Counted from the first letter of the whole stretch, positions 34,586 through 45,126 are shown. The stretch: DNA of 63,829 bases, filler included, from Stramenopiles sp. TOSAG23-2 (GCA_900128395.1; 11 parts of 11 records of this genome joined end to end with filler, not necessarily neighbours in it); one strand, 5' to 3'. A program made the numbers and translations. Notes: generated by a model from the sequence alone, not told the origin.

Positions 34586-37500
34586 CTATGTCTCTTGTTT
34601 AACACCTGCCACCTCTGGTTCTACGTTGAAGATACTCTGGTCATTATTATATTCATTAAACGTATAATCCTGTATTTCTTGTCGTTTATTTAAAGACGGA
34701 CAGACAGGTAGTAATTTCATTGTGTCAGCAGATTGCTTTAGTACGAGAGTCTTTATTCTACATTGATGCTTCAAGTCCCTTAACGACTTTTCCATCAACA
34801 TATCCGCCCTAACAGAGTATTCCAAATGGTCTCCTTCCTCCAAATCCAAACCAAAAGCAGCTTTTAAAAAAGTGACTATTTCCAAATGCCTACATTTAAA
34901 CGGCATATTCCCAAATGGGCCGTTATACCGAGCAAGGTTTAATGTTGATCTGAATACAGTAGGTTGCCCAAGATGGCCTACTAAAGTTCCTTTGACTACC
35001 TCAAATTTATCGATTTTGTTGTTGCTTTCAGACGGTGGTTTAAATGGGTGATTGCTGGCCTTATTATTTTTTTTTTCCTCAAGAAGACATAAAATACCAA
35101 TGCAATGAACCATTTCATCGCAATACTTTGATGTTTGCTCATTCATACTTTCCCAAGCACCATAGTCTCGGAGAATCTCCGCTGCCGTGCCACGTGGCTT
35201 TTGCGGGCGGATATGATCAATTTGCACAGTATCAGCATTTTCCTCAGATTTTCTACGCGTGGCTATTTGCAATACGTTTGCCAGAGCTAAAAACTCCTCA
35301 TCCTCCTTATCCTCATCCCCATTAATATTGTAAAACGATGATTCATATAATAAAAGACAATATTCGAGGACTTTGTTTTGATAACTTCTCCTGTCCTTAC
35401 CACTGTATCGGATCCGATTCGTTGACTTTTTCGTGAAATCTATTTGAGGTAATGCGAGTGGTGAAAAGTTGTCTTCAGCAGCAGCAGCTTTCTTCCTTTT
35501 TTTTTTTACAGGTTTATCAGTAGAATCTTTATTATTCGTTGTTGTTGTTGTTGTTGTTGTAGTAGTAGTGGAGCTAGACGACATATTACCACCGGTGGTA
35601 GCAGAAAGTGAGTTTAAATTCGTGATTGCAGCTATCTTTTGTGCTTTATTAAAAGCTTTGGTTTCGGTTTCAAAATCTGCAAATTTTACATGTTTTAAGT
35701 GTTCGTTGATATTTACATGATATTCTCCGGGCTTATTAGTTCCTTTCCCAGGCTCTCGACTTCTGAGGTATATAGTGGTCCACTTCGTACAGACATTATT
35801 TTTTTTTTTTTCAACATTTTTAAAACGATTAAACGTAAATGGATTTTTATCATCGTCATTGAAAATATGTAAATCGGGTTCTTTGCAATCATTCAAGTCA
35901 GTAAGCCTTGAAATTTTCCCCTCATATGCACTTATGGCTGCTGGGAAAGATTTAGAGTTGATAACTTGTATAATACTTTTGAACCGATCTGTACGATATG
36001 CATTAATTTGTTTCCCATTATAATATCGTTTAGGATCAGAGGTTCCATTACTATATTCGTCAATTACATAAAAACTTCGTGTCTGCTCATAGAAATAAAT
36101 TTTTGCAATAAATCTTTCAAAATTCTGCATTACAAAAACAAGATGCTTTTCGTAATCATCCTTGGCAGTTTGATCCCATCCATTTACATTATTTCGTTCA
36201 ATATACCAGGGTGACCAAAATCGATGTAGTAAACACATGGCTAGCTTATGCCAAGACACACCATTCCTTTGAGTACCACTTGTAGAAGATGCATAAAAAA
36301 TTGATCTACATCGCAGAAGAATAATTTGTAATTGTTTCAAGTATTTGTTGCTGGGACATTCAAGATTAAGAGACCCTTCTTCCTCTTGTAATCTATAATT
36401 CATTGGGTCAAGAATAAATAGAAAAATTCTTCCAAAGCGTAGTACTAGCTCCCAAAGAACTTTTGGCGCGTCATCTGAATTACATTGACCTAACCATTCT
36501 TCATAGAAACTATAAAATTCCTTTTTCGTTTTATTTTCTCCACGTACATTTGGGTCTAAATTAATTCTTAGATCCAAAAATAATTGCTCAAAGGCCGAAT
36601 AACCAAATAATCCGGTATCAGTTGTATTTTGAAAGTTAGAATGATATTTTTCACCAGCTTTAATTATTTCCACTTCGAGGTCTTCCCATATCTTTGCTTT
36701 TTGTCTTTTATAACCTTCATCACCAGAAAGAAGGGTGAGCAATTGCACTTTAACTTTATCCGACTCTCGTAGCAGTAAGCCTGTATCATTCAAACGAATG
36801 AACATACTCCTTACTTCTTTGATATGCCTGATATTTGAAATTTCCGTTAATGTTACATGAACCTGTTTTGATACATGTTTTAGATAAAGCATCAAACTTG
36901 GCATGGTGAATCGTTCAGTAAATTTATACACCCACCAAAATATTGCCCTAGTATTTTGAAGCATACGATACTCAACACATCCTGCCTCTAACTTTATACT
37001 AAAATTGGTGTTTCCATCTGTATCAAGTACGTGCAATGTCTCGTTTATTTTTGTATTCATAAATGTATTGAAGAGATCATATTCGTGTTCCAGTTCACTA
37101 GGTTCGAAAGGTGGCAAAATAAAATATTTAAAGAACTCCGTCAACTTCGGTGTTCGCAATTTCAATCTTTGGTCTCCATCAGTTGTATAGACTCTATGTT
37201 TGTAGGACTTAGAGAAGGCAGGGCCTTTCTCCTTGTGCAACTCATCCCTATATAAGAACCAAAATATAACCGACCAAAACAACTGTAATGAAGTAATACG
37301 CTGCTGACCATCAAGAATAGCCAGAGAACTGACATTCTGTGGATCTTGCCAGGCAATGACATTGCCCATGTAATCAAATGTTACATTCTTTTCAAAACTT
37401 CTCGCCCAATCGTTAAGCACTTTGAGTACTTGTTTTTCCCCCCATTGATAACTTCGTTGAAAGAAGGGGATAGTAAAGGTTTTAGTCATAGTAAAAAGAT

Positions 37501-38407
37501 CTTCGTGCGATTGCCTTGTTGCATGAATTCCAGGCGGTGCTAAGGTATCATCATTACGCCCGGCAATATCATCAGCTGATGGCACGGTTTCAATTTCAGG
37601 ATCATATGGATCAGTTTTGTTATTTCTTGGAGCGGGAGGAATACTAATGCCATAGATCTGGTAGTCTGTTGCTTCACCCCTTCTTTTACGTTTTTTCTGG
37701 TTTTGCTCAACCATATTGTTAAAATTAAGTGCTTCATTCATGTGCAAAATTATTTCTGGTTTTTCAGGGGATATACCCTTTGCGTGCGCCTGCGAAGATA
37801 TTCTTCCACGGTCGTTGTAAAGTGCAATTTGTTGCTGAAATAATGCTTCTAGTAAATATACCTCGTATATATTTGCCCAAGTTTTCTTATCTTCAGCTGT
37901 CCCTTTTTTCTTCAGAAATATATGTTGCTCATATACAGATTTATCATCGTTCCAACCATACTGATCCTTATGACATAAATACTCCTTTCCCAACTCGCTG
38001 TCATCTTTTATAAGAGTAGTTATGTTTTTAATCCATTTATGTCGCATTAATGTCGCTAATTCCGCCCTTAAGTCTTTTCCAAGTTCTGCATATTGTTCCA
38101 TTTTAGATAAACTTTTAGAGCAAGTGAATTTCAGTTCTTCCATTTCATCTGGAGCTGCTGCTGATACATACTTCAATGTTACTTCTACGTCTACAAGAGA
38201 GTTACTATCGTTTCTGCACTCATCATTTGACTCACAGTATCCACGCATAAATGCTGAAAACAAAGAATTTCCATCTTGTTTTGTTTTTTCTTTAATGTAC
38301 GTCTTACCATTCCTATGATGCAGTACTCCTTCTTGATCAATTTCAACTCGTTTTCTTTTTAGTGTATTACATCTGCGCCAATCATGGATCAGGGCACGAT
38401 TCTCCAT
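34586..38407 (-). CDS. GmrSD/SspE-like DUF262 + DUF1524(HNH) protein with N-terminal OTU-like domain
   Basis: DUF262 motifs IPFFQRSYQW, YMGNV, ILDGQQRITS and FIRLNDTG. HNH region IDHIRPQ...IGILCLL...NNKASNHPF. N-terminal QDGNSLFSAF...WANIYEVYLL...IILH is OTU-like. Confidence 0.85.
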   Translation of the reverse strand: MENRALIHDWRRCNTLKRKRVEIDQEGVLHHRNGKTYIKEKTKQDGNSLFSAFMRGYCESNDECRNDSNSLVDVEVTLKYVSAAAPDEMEELKFTCSKSLSKMEQYAELGKDLRAELATLMRHKWIKNITTLIKDDSELGKEYLCHKDQYGWNDDKSVYEQHIFLKKKGTAEDKKTWANIYEVYLLEALFQQQIALYNDRGRISSQAHAKGISPEKPEIILHMNEALNFNNMVEQNQKKRKRRGEATDYQIYGISIPPAPRNNKTDPYDPEIETVPSADDIAGRNDDTLAPPGIHATRQSHEDLFTMTKTFTIPFFQRSYQWGEKQVLKVLNDWARSFEKNVTFDYMGNVIAWQDPQNVSSLAILDGQQRITSLQLFWSVIFWFLYRDELHKEKGPAFSKSYKHRVYTTDGDQRLKLRTPKLTEFFKYFILPPFEPSELEHEYDLFNTFMNTKINETLHVLDTDGNTNFSIKLEAGCVEYRMLQNTRAIFWWVYKFTERFTMPSLMLYLKHVSKQVHVTLTEISNIRHIKEVRSMFIRLNDTGLLLRESDKVKVQLLTLLSGDEGYKRQKAKIWEDLEVEIIKAGEKYHSNFQNTTDTGLFGYSAFEQLFLDLRINLDPNVRGENKTKKEFYSFYEEWLGQCNSDDAPKVLWELVLRFGRIFLFILDPMNYRLQEEEGSLNLECPSNKYLKQLQIILLRCRSIFYASSTSGTQRNGVSWHKLAMCLLHRFWSPWYIERNNVNGWDQTAKDDYEKHLVFVMQNFERFIAKIYFYEQTRSFYVIDEYSNGTSDPKRYYNGKQINAYRTDRFKSIIQVINSKSFPAAISAYEGKISRLTDLNDCKEPDLHIFNDDDKNPFTFNRFKNVEKKKNNVCTKWTTIYLRSREPGKGTNKPGEYHVNINEHLKHVKFADFETETKAFNKAQKIAAITNLNSLSATTGGNMSSSSTTTTTTTTTTTNNKDSTDKPVKKKRKKAAAAEDNFSPLALPQIDFTKKSTNRIRYSGKDRRSYQNKVLEYCLLLYESSFYNINGDEDKEDEEFLALANVLQIATRRKSEENADTVQIDHIRPQKPRGTAAEILRDYGAWESMNEQTSKYCDEMVHCIGILCLLEEKKNNKASNHPFKPPSESNNKIDKFEVVKGTLVGHLGQPTVFRSTLNLARYNGPFGNMPFKCRHLEIVTFLKAAFGLDLEEGDHLEYSVRADMLMEKSLRDLKHQCRIKTLVLKQSADTMKLLPVCPSLNKRQEIQDYTFNEYNNDQSIFNVEPEVAGVKQET

Positions 38408-38990
38408 TTAAAGGTGCCTCGAATTAGTTTAATGGTAACTGCCTACTAATAATTCGTATTTACACTGCACCCAAAATAATTATTACGCGTTTATATTTTA
38501 ATTTTAATTTTTTTTATTTCTACCTTAATTCCTACGCGTACCTTCGCAAAAAGAATATAAATAGTTGCCAAAATATTACTTCGTATCATACGAAGTATAT
38601 TATTACACCGCGGCTTTTTGCCACAACCGTGCACTTCAAGATCTTTATCCGGATAGTTACCGGTTGTTGTTCACAACAGGATCTTTCACTTCGACCAACC
38701 TCACCGTTATCGAATGACCCTGACGTCCAGCGCCTTCAACGAGTGCGCATGGAAGGATAGAAACCTACTCAATGCTTTGTAGAGTACGTATTAGTTTGTA
38801 GATGTGCATTAGAGCTTTACTATAGTAGGATATAGAATTATTATTCTTGCGATTGAGTATTTGAGCATATTACTTAGCACGGGAAGTGTAAAATTTCGTA
38901 TTATATATTATATATAACTTAAGATTTTAACCATCAATTATAATAAAAAAAATACGAACTATGCTCTAATAAAATAAACATTTTGGTACA

Positions 38991-39510
38991 GCAGATATAA
39001 ATCGCAGGTAAATTGACGATCTACCTGCATCGTGGTAAATTGTGGTGCAGGTAAATTGTTTGTTTGTTTTTTTACGATGCAGGTAAATCGCTTCACAAAC
39101 ACGGTGCAGGTAAATCGCAGGTAAATCGCAGGTAAATCGCTTCACAAACACGGTGCAGGTAAATCGCAGGTAAATTGACGATCTACCTGCATCGTGGTAA
39201 ATTGTGGTGCAGGTAAATTGTTTGTTTGATTTTTTTACGATGCAGGTAAATCGCTTCACAAACACGGTGCAGGTAAATCGCAGGTAAATCGCAGGTAAAT
39301 CGCTTCACAAACACGGTGCAGGTAAATCGCAGGTAAATTGACGATCTACCTGCATCGTGGTAAATTGTGGTGCAGGTAAATTGTTTGTTTGATTTTTTTA
39401 CGATGCAGGTAAATCGCTTCACAAACACGGTGCAGGTAAATCGCAGGTAAATCGCAGGTAAATCGCTTCACAAACACGGTGCAGGTAAAAAATCCGGTGC
39501 AGGTAAATCA
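38991..39510. repeat. Hierarchical tandem array: three 162-163-bp units built from GCAGGTAAAT cores, each with an internal inverted repeat
   Basis: Units start at ~38999, 39161 and 39324, with about 22 GCAGGTAAA cores in total. Each unit has a TACCTGCATCGT/ACGATGCAGGTA 12-bp inverted pair. Confidence 0.95.
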
Positions 39511-39884
39511 ATTTTATTATCATCATCATTATTACCATATACAATCATTATTCTACTTTCAAACGACTTTCTTTTTGGACAATCTAACCATGAATCGTGA
39601 TATCTATCATAAAATGAACTATGAAAAGTACAGCGAGATACATTTTCCCTAGAATCCCATTGTTTAAAAATAATTGATGTATCCGGTGTTTGATCTGAAA
39701 TATATACCCATTGATGGTTGGGGTTAAATAAAGCACCTAGTGTATCGTATGCAACACCAGCCGCAGGAATACGCTCATCTTTATTCTTTCTTTTATAATC
39801 CCCACGAGATGCAACAGCCTCTTTCCCAGGTACTTTTTCTGAACCATCACGTGAACCTAATGTTGGCCGATAGTTTTGGATTTT
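39468..39884 (-). pseudogene. C-terminal half of an AsaB/CmcJ/NvfI-like 2OG-dependent oxygenase; no start codon, absent from the ORF track
   Basis: 139-codon open frame: FNPNHQWVYISDQTPDTSIIFKQWDSR..RCTFHSSFYD...PKRKSFESRIMIVY. It is preceded by an in-frame TGA and reads into the repeat array. Confidence 0.7.
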
Positions 39885-41276
39885 TCATGTGTGGAACTTT
39901 ATAGCAACATGAACATTGTTTATAGCACATAGGATTTTTGGCGTGTTTAATTTTTCCAACTTTTCCATGCTTATTTGACTCCACAGAAACATGTTGAGAT
40001 GCAGGGCATGGACAAAGTGGATTTTTTCCAGGTAATTATATGATAATCTTTATGTAATATATATATAATCTGTTGGTCTATATATATGTATATCTATCTA
40101 TCTAAATCAATTTATTTTAAATGAGAAAATATATATGTACATTTGGTGGTTGTTATGTTCACAACTAGATCTAAGGCTCCAAAATAGCATGTACATAGGA
40201 CTAAAATTTGGCTTTTTTTAAACAGTAACGAAATGATGGATGAGAAGATAACATATCGTCTAATATTATCAGGCCTCATCTATTAGCATAAGCACATCAT
40301 GCAAAAGACAAATTATTAATATACGCCCAGCCAGGCCAGCCAGGCCAGCAAGATCGGCCACAAAAATCCAAATCTTTTTTTCGAACTGATGATAATAGAG
40401 GCCGATTTGAGCAATTTCCCACACAATACTTATAAACTTTTATATTTCTTGGATTTATCAAACATAGATGTGAAGATAGATAGAAAAGTAACAGAAGAAA
40501 AACTACCATTACCATAACATAAACATAACAATAACAACAGGATATAAAACATGAATTCATCAGGTGGATCAGAAAGTACAAAGNNNNNNNNNNNNNNNNN
40601 NNNNNNNNNNNNNNNNNNNNNNNNNNNTTAATTAATTAANNNNNNNNNNNNNNNNNNNNNNNNNNNNNNNNNNNNNNNNNNNNATCCATAAAAAGGTGCA
40701 AAAATGTAGAATTTTTTACAAAAAATGCTCTGTAGACTGGCAAGACTAAGATCCTATTTAAAATAGTGGAAAAAGTGTCAAAATACGAAAAAAATAACAC
40801 TATTCATAATGGATGTTGGCGTTCTGGACCAGAGTAAACACCCTCCCTTCCGTTGTCCCCTCCCTTCGAAGACCCAATATTAGAAATATAGAGATAAAGA
40901 AGAAAAGAATTCGGGTAAAAAAGAATGAAGAATAAAATGTGTGGTCACCGTGTAATAGACATAAGCATATAGCATAGCAATAGCATTACACACAAATTGC
41001 AAGCATATCAAAGAAATCTTTTTTTTGGCAAATCGAATAACATCAAAAGTTTTTTAATACTATTTGCATGCTATAAAATTAACCCAATACGCACCAAATG
41101 ATATATTCTTCTATATATATAAATTATTCAAAATGATTTTAAACGAAATATAATGCTAGAAACACAAACAAATGATTTTACATACAAAATAATAGTAAGA
41201 AGAACAAAACAAGAAACGAAACAAAAAAAGAACAAAATTAAACAAACACAAACAAAAAACAAAGAACAATTTGAAA

Positions 41277-41417
41277 ATGGCAGCACCAACAATAAGAGGA
41301 AAAGCTGATGCAACAGCGCGACGACTGAAGAGGCTGTAAAATACTTTGACAATATTGATGACCAATATTATGCTGGTCGAGCACAAATGGAAGTAAATAT
41401 GGCAGAATTTATGAAAG
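41277..41417 (+). pseudogene. Possible frameshifted first exon of a small gene
   Basis: MAAPTIRGKADATA continues as ATTEEAVKYFDNIDDQYYAGRAQMEVNMAEFMK only after a shift at the GCGCG run (~41316-41320). It is followed by a GTAAAT donor-like site. Confidence 0.3.
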
Positions 41418-42213
41418 GTAAATTATAAACAGTATATATAAATATAATAAAGGCAAAAGAGAATAGGGGGAAGAAAAAAATCTGAATTGCTTCTTTTAGT
41501 GGTAGGATATGCGAGAGGCGAGCAGTCTTTTTCTCGTATTCGATATAATACCTGGTATCTATATATATGACATTCTTCTTTGTTAATTAATGTTGTATAC
41601 TTTTTTTTGTGTATGCTGGTATGCCAGCAGCAATAAAATAATGCAGATGAGACTATTAAGACAAATGATAGCCAAGAAAATATTATAAAACGTAATCTTA
41701 GGTCTCGAATCTGTCAAAAAATTTACGAACCCGGTATGAGTTTCGTAAAAAATTTTACAAGAAGTACAAAGAAGCAAAATTGATATTATGCTTTTGATTT
41801 TTAATAATAAATATTTAAACTTATTTTTAAATTTACGTATTTTTTACACACAACAGTTAAGATTACCTGGATTACTATTAGCTACTATATATATCATGAA
41901 CGAGATTCAATCTGTGCTGTATATAGAGTTGTAGAGTTTAACATTTTAACTATATATTTTGATAGGATCAATATAGCATAGAAATACTATTGTCCCAACC
42001 CCTTATACCCGATCTCACACATCTTCTCACATTATTCCTTTATAGTCTAACGCACACAGTAAAAAATATATACTGAAGTGCTACATATAGATATAGATAG
42101 ATTGATAGAATGTAACAAAGAAAACATATTATACAACAACAGCAACAACAACAATATTATTATACAATAACAACAACAATATTATTAACAAATAAAACAA
42201 ACATTAACCAAAC

Positions 42214-43065
42214 ATGACAGATCATTTATTAAAAGAATTAAGAGGTAATGTCATGATATTAACATTAAACCGTCCTAAACAATTAAATGCATGGACTGGC
42301 CCTATGTCTACTGCATTATATGATACTATGTTAGAGTGTGAAAATGACCCACGAGTCGGTTGTATCGTCGTTACAGGTGCTGGAAGAGGATTTTGTGCAG
42401 GTGCAGATATGAATGGATTAAGTTCAATGAGTACTGGATCAGCTGCTAAGGCACAACCTGGTGCACCTCGACCAAAACCAGAGAAAAGAACTGTTATTTT
42501 CACTACTACAATTAAAAAACCAGTTATTGCAGCAATTAATGGTCCGGTAGCTGGTATTGGTTTATCTTTTGCACTTGCCTGTGATATTCGTTTCTCAAAT
42601 GCAAAAGCTAAATTTACATTAGCATTTTCTAAACGTGGCTTAGTTGCTGAACATGGAGCATCATGGACATTGCCAAAATTAGTTGGTACTGGTAATGCTT
42701 TGTATTTTGCTATGTCTAGTGATGTAATTACCGGTGAAGAAGCATGGCGTATGGGTATTGTTCAAAAGGTAGTTGAAGATAATGTCTTGGAACATGCAGT
42801 TGAATTTGCACAACGTTTAGCTGATACAGTATCACCAACATCAATGGCAACTATGAAAGCACAAATGTGGAACCATCCTCAATTAACACTTGAAGAAGCT
42901 ACACGTCAATCAAATGCATTGATGAATTCTTCTACTAATCCTGGAAATGAAGATTTTACAGAAGGTGTACAATCGTTTATGCAGAAAAGAAATCCAAATT
43001 TCAAACCTTTAAACAAAAGAAATCCGGTTATGGAAATGGGCAAAAATTTCTTCTCAAAACTTTAA
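42214..43065 (+). CDS. Enoyl-CoA hydratase/isomerase (crotonase), peroxisomal
   Basis: LTLNRPKQLNA, GFCAGADM and KPVIAAINGPVAGIG..ACDIRF motifs, with C-terminal SKL. Confidence 0.93.
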   Translation: MTDHLLKELRGNVMILTLNRPKQLNAWTGPMSTALYDTMLECENDPRVGCIVVTGAGRGFCAGADMNGLSSMSTGSAAKAQPGAPRPKPEKRTVIFTTTIKKPVIAAINGPVAGIGLSFALACDIRFSNAKAKFTLAFSKRGLVAEHGASWTLPKLVGTGNALYFAMSSDVITGEEAWRMGIVQKVVEDNVLEHAVEFAQRLADTVSPTSMATMKAQMWNHPQLTLEEATRQSNALMNSSTNPGNEDFTEGVQSFMQKRNPNFKPLNKRNPVMEMGKNFFSKL

Positions 43066-43284
43066 AATAAATAAAAAAGAAAAAAGAAAAATACATAAAA
43101 TATAAAAAAACATGTGCGTGTGTAATAGAGGTTGGTGTAGATGTGCACTGTGTATTTTGGGTTCAATAAATATTTCAAATTTAAAAAAAATATAAATTTA
43201 AACTTTTATAGACGACTATACTGGTATATATAAAAAAATATTAACTAACAGAAACCCTCTCGCGTACCTGGAAATCTCAGCTGA

Positions 43285-43641
43285 GAGAAGACTCGTGCAC
43301 TCTGCCCTTTTGGGGCTTGCTGGGCTATCACATTTATCCTGATCGTAGTAAATACCAGCATCTTCATAACAACTACATATTTGATCATAAAAACGACAGC
43401 ACAGTTACGTGGAATGTTTTGGAAAACTTTTTGCTGTTGTTTGCATATAGTAAACAGAAAAGGAAAGGATATTACACGCAAAGTTTCCTCAGTTGCAATA
43501 CAACCTTTAAAGCGAAAATTATCTAATAAAGGAAAAAGCGATAATAGTGGTGATAAAGCTGACTTTTCAATCCCGCCACGTCCACCTCCAGGTCCACCTC
43601 CAGGTCCACCTCCTACTGCAAAAAAGGATACTCAGAAATAA
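43285..43641 (+). pseudogene. Orphan terminal-exon-like fragment (TM helix, CCC, poly-Pro tail)
   Basis: Open frame ...ACWAITFILIVVNTSIFITTTYLII...FCCC...PPRPPPGPPPGPPP. No start codon precedes the TM helix and there is no room for upstream exons. Confidence 0.3.
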
Positions 43642-44097
43642 TCAGTTTTTTATCAAACGTACGAACTAAATTTCAAATTTAAACATTAAATAATATATCT
43701 CTTTGAAATATATTGCTTCAAAATATATTTTTTATAGTATTTCACGGTATTGATCGTATTTCACAATGGTATTGATTAATTTTTAATAAAAATATTATAT
43801 TAGTAAACTTAAAAAATAAAAGAGTTTTTAAATGCATTAATTATACAAAGTCGTACTTGATAAAATATTTTTTAAAATATAAAATGTCAAGAGATATATT
43901 ATATATACGAACTCTCAGTCAGGACAAAGGGGCCACTAAATTTATCAATAGTAATATATAATATATTTCGTATACGAATATATATTTTTACATAAATTTT
44001 ATGCAGATAAATTTGCAAAATAATTTGGTTTAAATGGTGGTATGTGCATGGGGCTACAAGATGTAATACAATATACAACCACAGGGCAAAGCCGATT

Positions 44098-45126
44098 TCA
44101 AATTGCACGTTCTCCCTCTTCAGAGGACATTTTTATGCCATTGAAACCAACCCAATCAATACCCCATGTTTTGCCTTTATTTGATTTTCTCAATGCAATA
44201 TGTTCTTCTGTCATCTTTAATGATGAATCTGCCATTTTACCATTCGGGCAATATATTAATGTATTTGCCCTCCAACTATACATGGAATGACACCCACAGC
44301 TCCTTCCTGTGAGAGAATCGAAGCCTTGTATATGTATATCAAATCCTTCACTCATTGCTTTCTTTAAAGCATTAGCATCATTAAAATCAATTTCTTTTAA
44401 TGGAGATGTTTCATCTACAACATGTCTAATATTCATTGGTTCAGGCCCTTCAATCGTACCACCACCAGCATCAGCAAATGGTCCACCAGATAAATTTAAA
44501 ATTGAAACTCCATTTCCAACTTGTGCATAACAAAAGAGACGGATTGTTACATTTCGAACAACTTGTTTATGTAAAAGGCCGATGCGTAAGGATATTGTCC
44601 ATTTTCCATTTCGTTTATGTACAATTGCACGATCGCTTGTTATCCAATTATTAGGCACTCTAGAAATTTTTAATACTAAAAGAGCTGTCAATGATGCTAT
44701 TGCTAGTTTACCAACAGCATTCAAAAATGTTAATAATAACACCGCACCCGGTGAAGCACATAAATATGCAGATGGCACAGAGAATAAGCCTGCAAAAGTT
44801 ACAGCTAATGCATCAATTGCTGTTGTTGCTCCCTGTACAGATACATTTGGATTGTTTAATATAATTGCAGCAAATGGCCCCCAAAAAATTAAAACTAAAG
44901 CTACTATTGATTGAGCAATGAAAAATAACAAATATGCATAGCTTCTGTTCATTAATTGATTAAAAATTTCAGACACAACATTTAACGGTGGGCCACCGAT
45001 AATGCCATATGTATCTCCAGCCCAATTTTTCCTACCTTTTTTTTTGATTGGTGGTGGTTTCAAAAAGGTTTCATTTGCAGAGGAGGAAGAGGACGAAGCA
45101 GACACTTGCACCGAGTACGTACTCAT
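44098..45126 (-). CDS. Inward-rectifier K+ channel (Kir/KirBac)-like protein lacking the TxGYG filter
   Basis: Two TM helices followed by Kir cytoplasmic motifs SDRAIVHKRNG..ISLRIG, PMNIRHVVDETSPL and GFDSLTG..HSMY. Confidence 0.75.
   Translation of the reverse strand: MSTYSVQVSASSSSSSANETFLKPPPIKKKGRKNWAGDTYGIIGGPPLNVVSEIFNQLMNRSYAYLLFFIAQSIVALVLIFWGPFAAIILNNPNVSVQGATTAIDALAVTFAGLFSVPSAYLCASPGAVLLLTFLNAVGKLAIASLTALLVLKISRVPNNWITSDRAIVHKRNGKWTISLRIGLLHKQVVRNVTIRLFCYAQVGNGVSILNLSGGPFADAGGGTIEGPEPMNIRHVVDETSPLKEIDFNDANALKKAMSEGFDIHIQGFDSLTGRSCGCHSMYSWRANTLIYCPNGKMADSSLKMTEEHIALRKSNKGKTWGIDWVGFNGIKMSSEEGERAI

Noticed and set aside
38966-39428. ORFs 38966-39265 and 39183-39428
   Set aside because: These are translations of the tandem array with non-ATG starts and duplicated peptides.
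38991-39510. CRISPR array
   Set aside because: The sequences between cores are themselves repeated, there are no unique spacers, and no cas genes are present.
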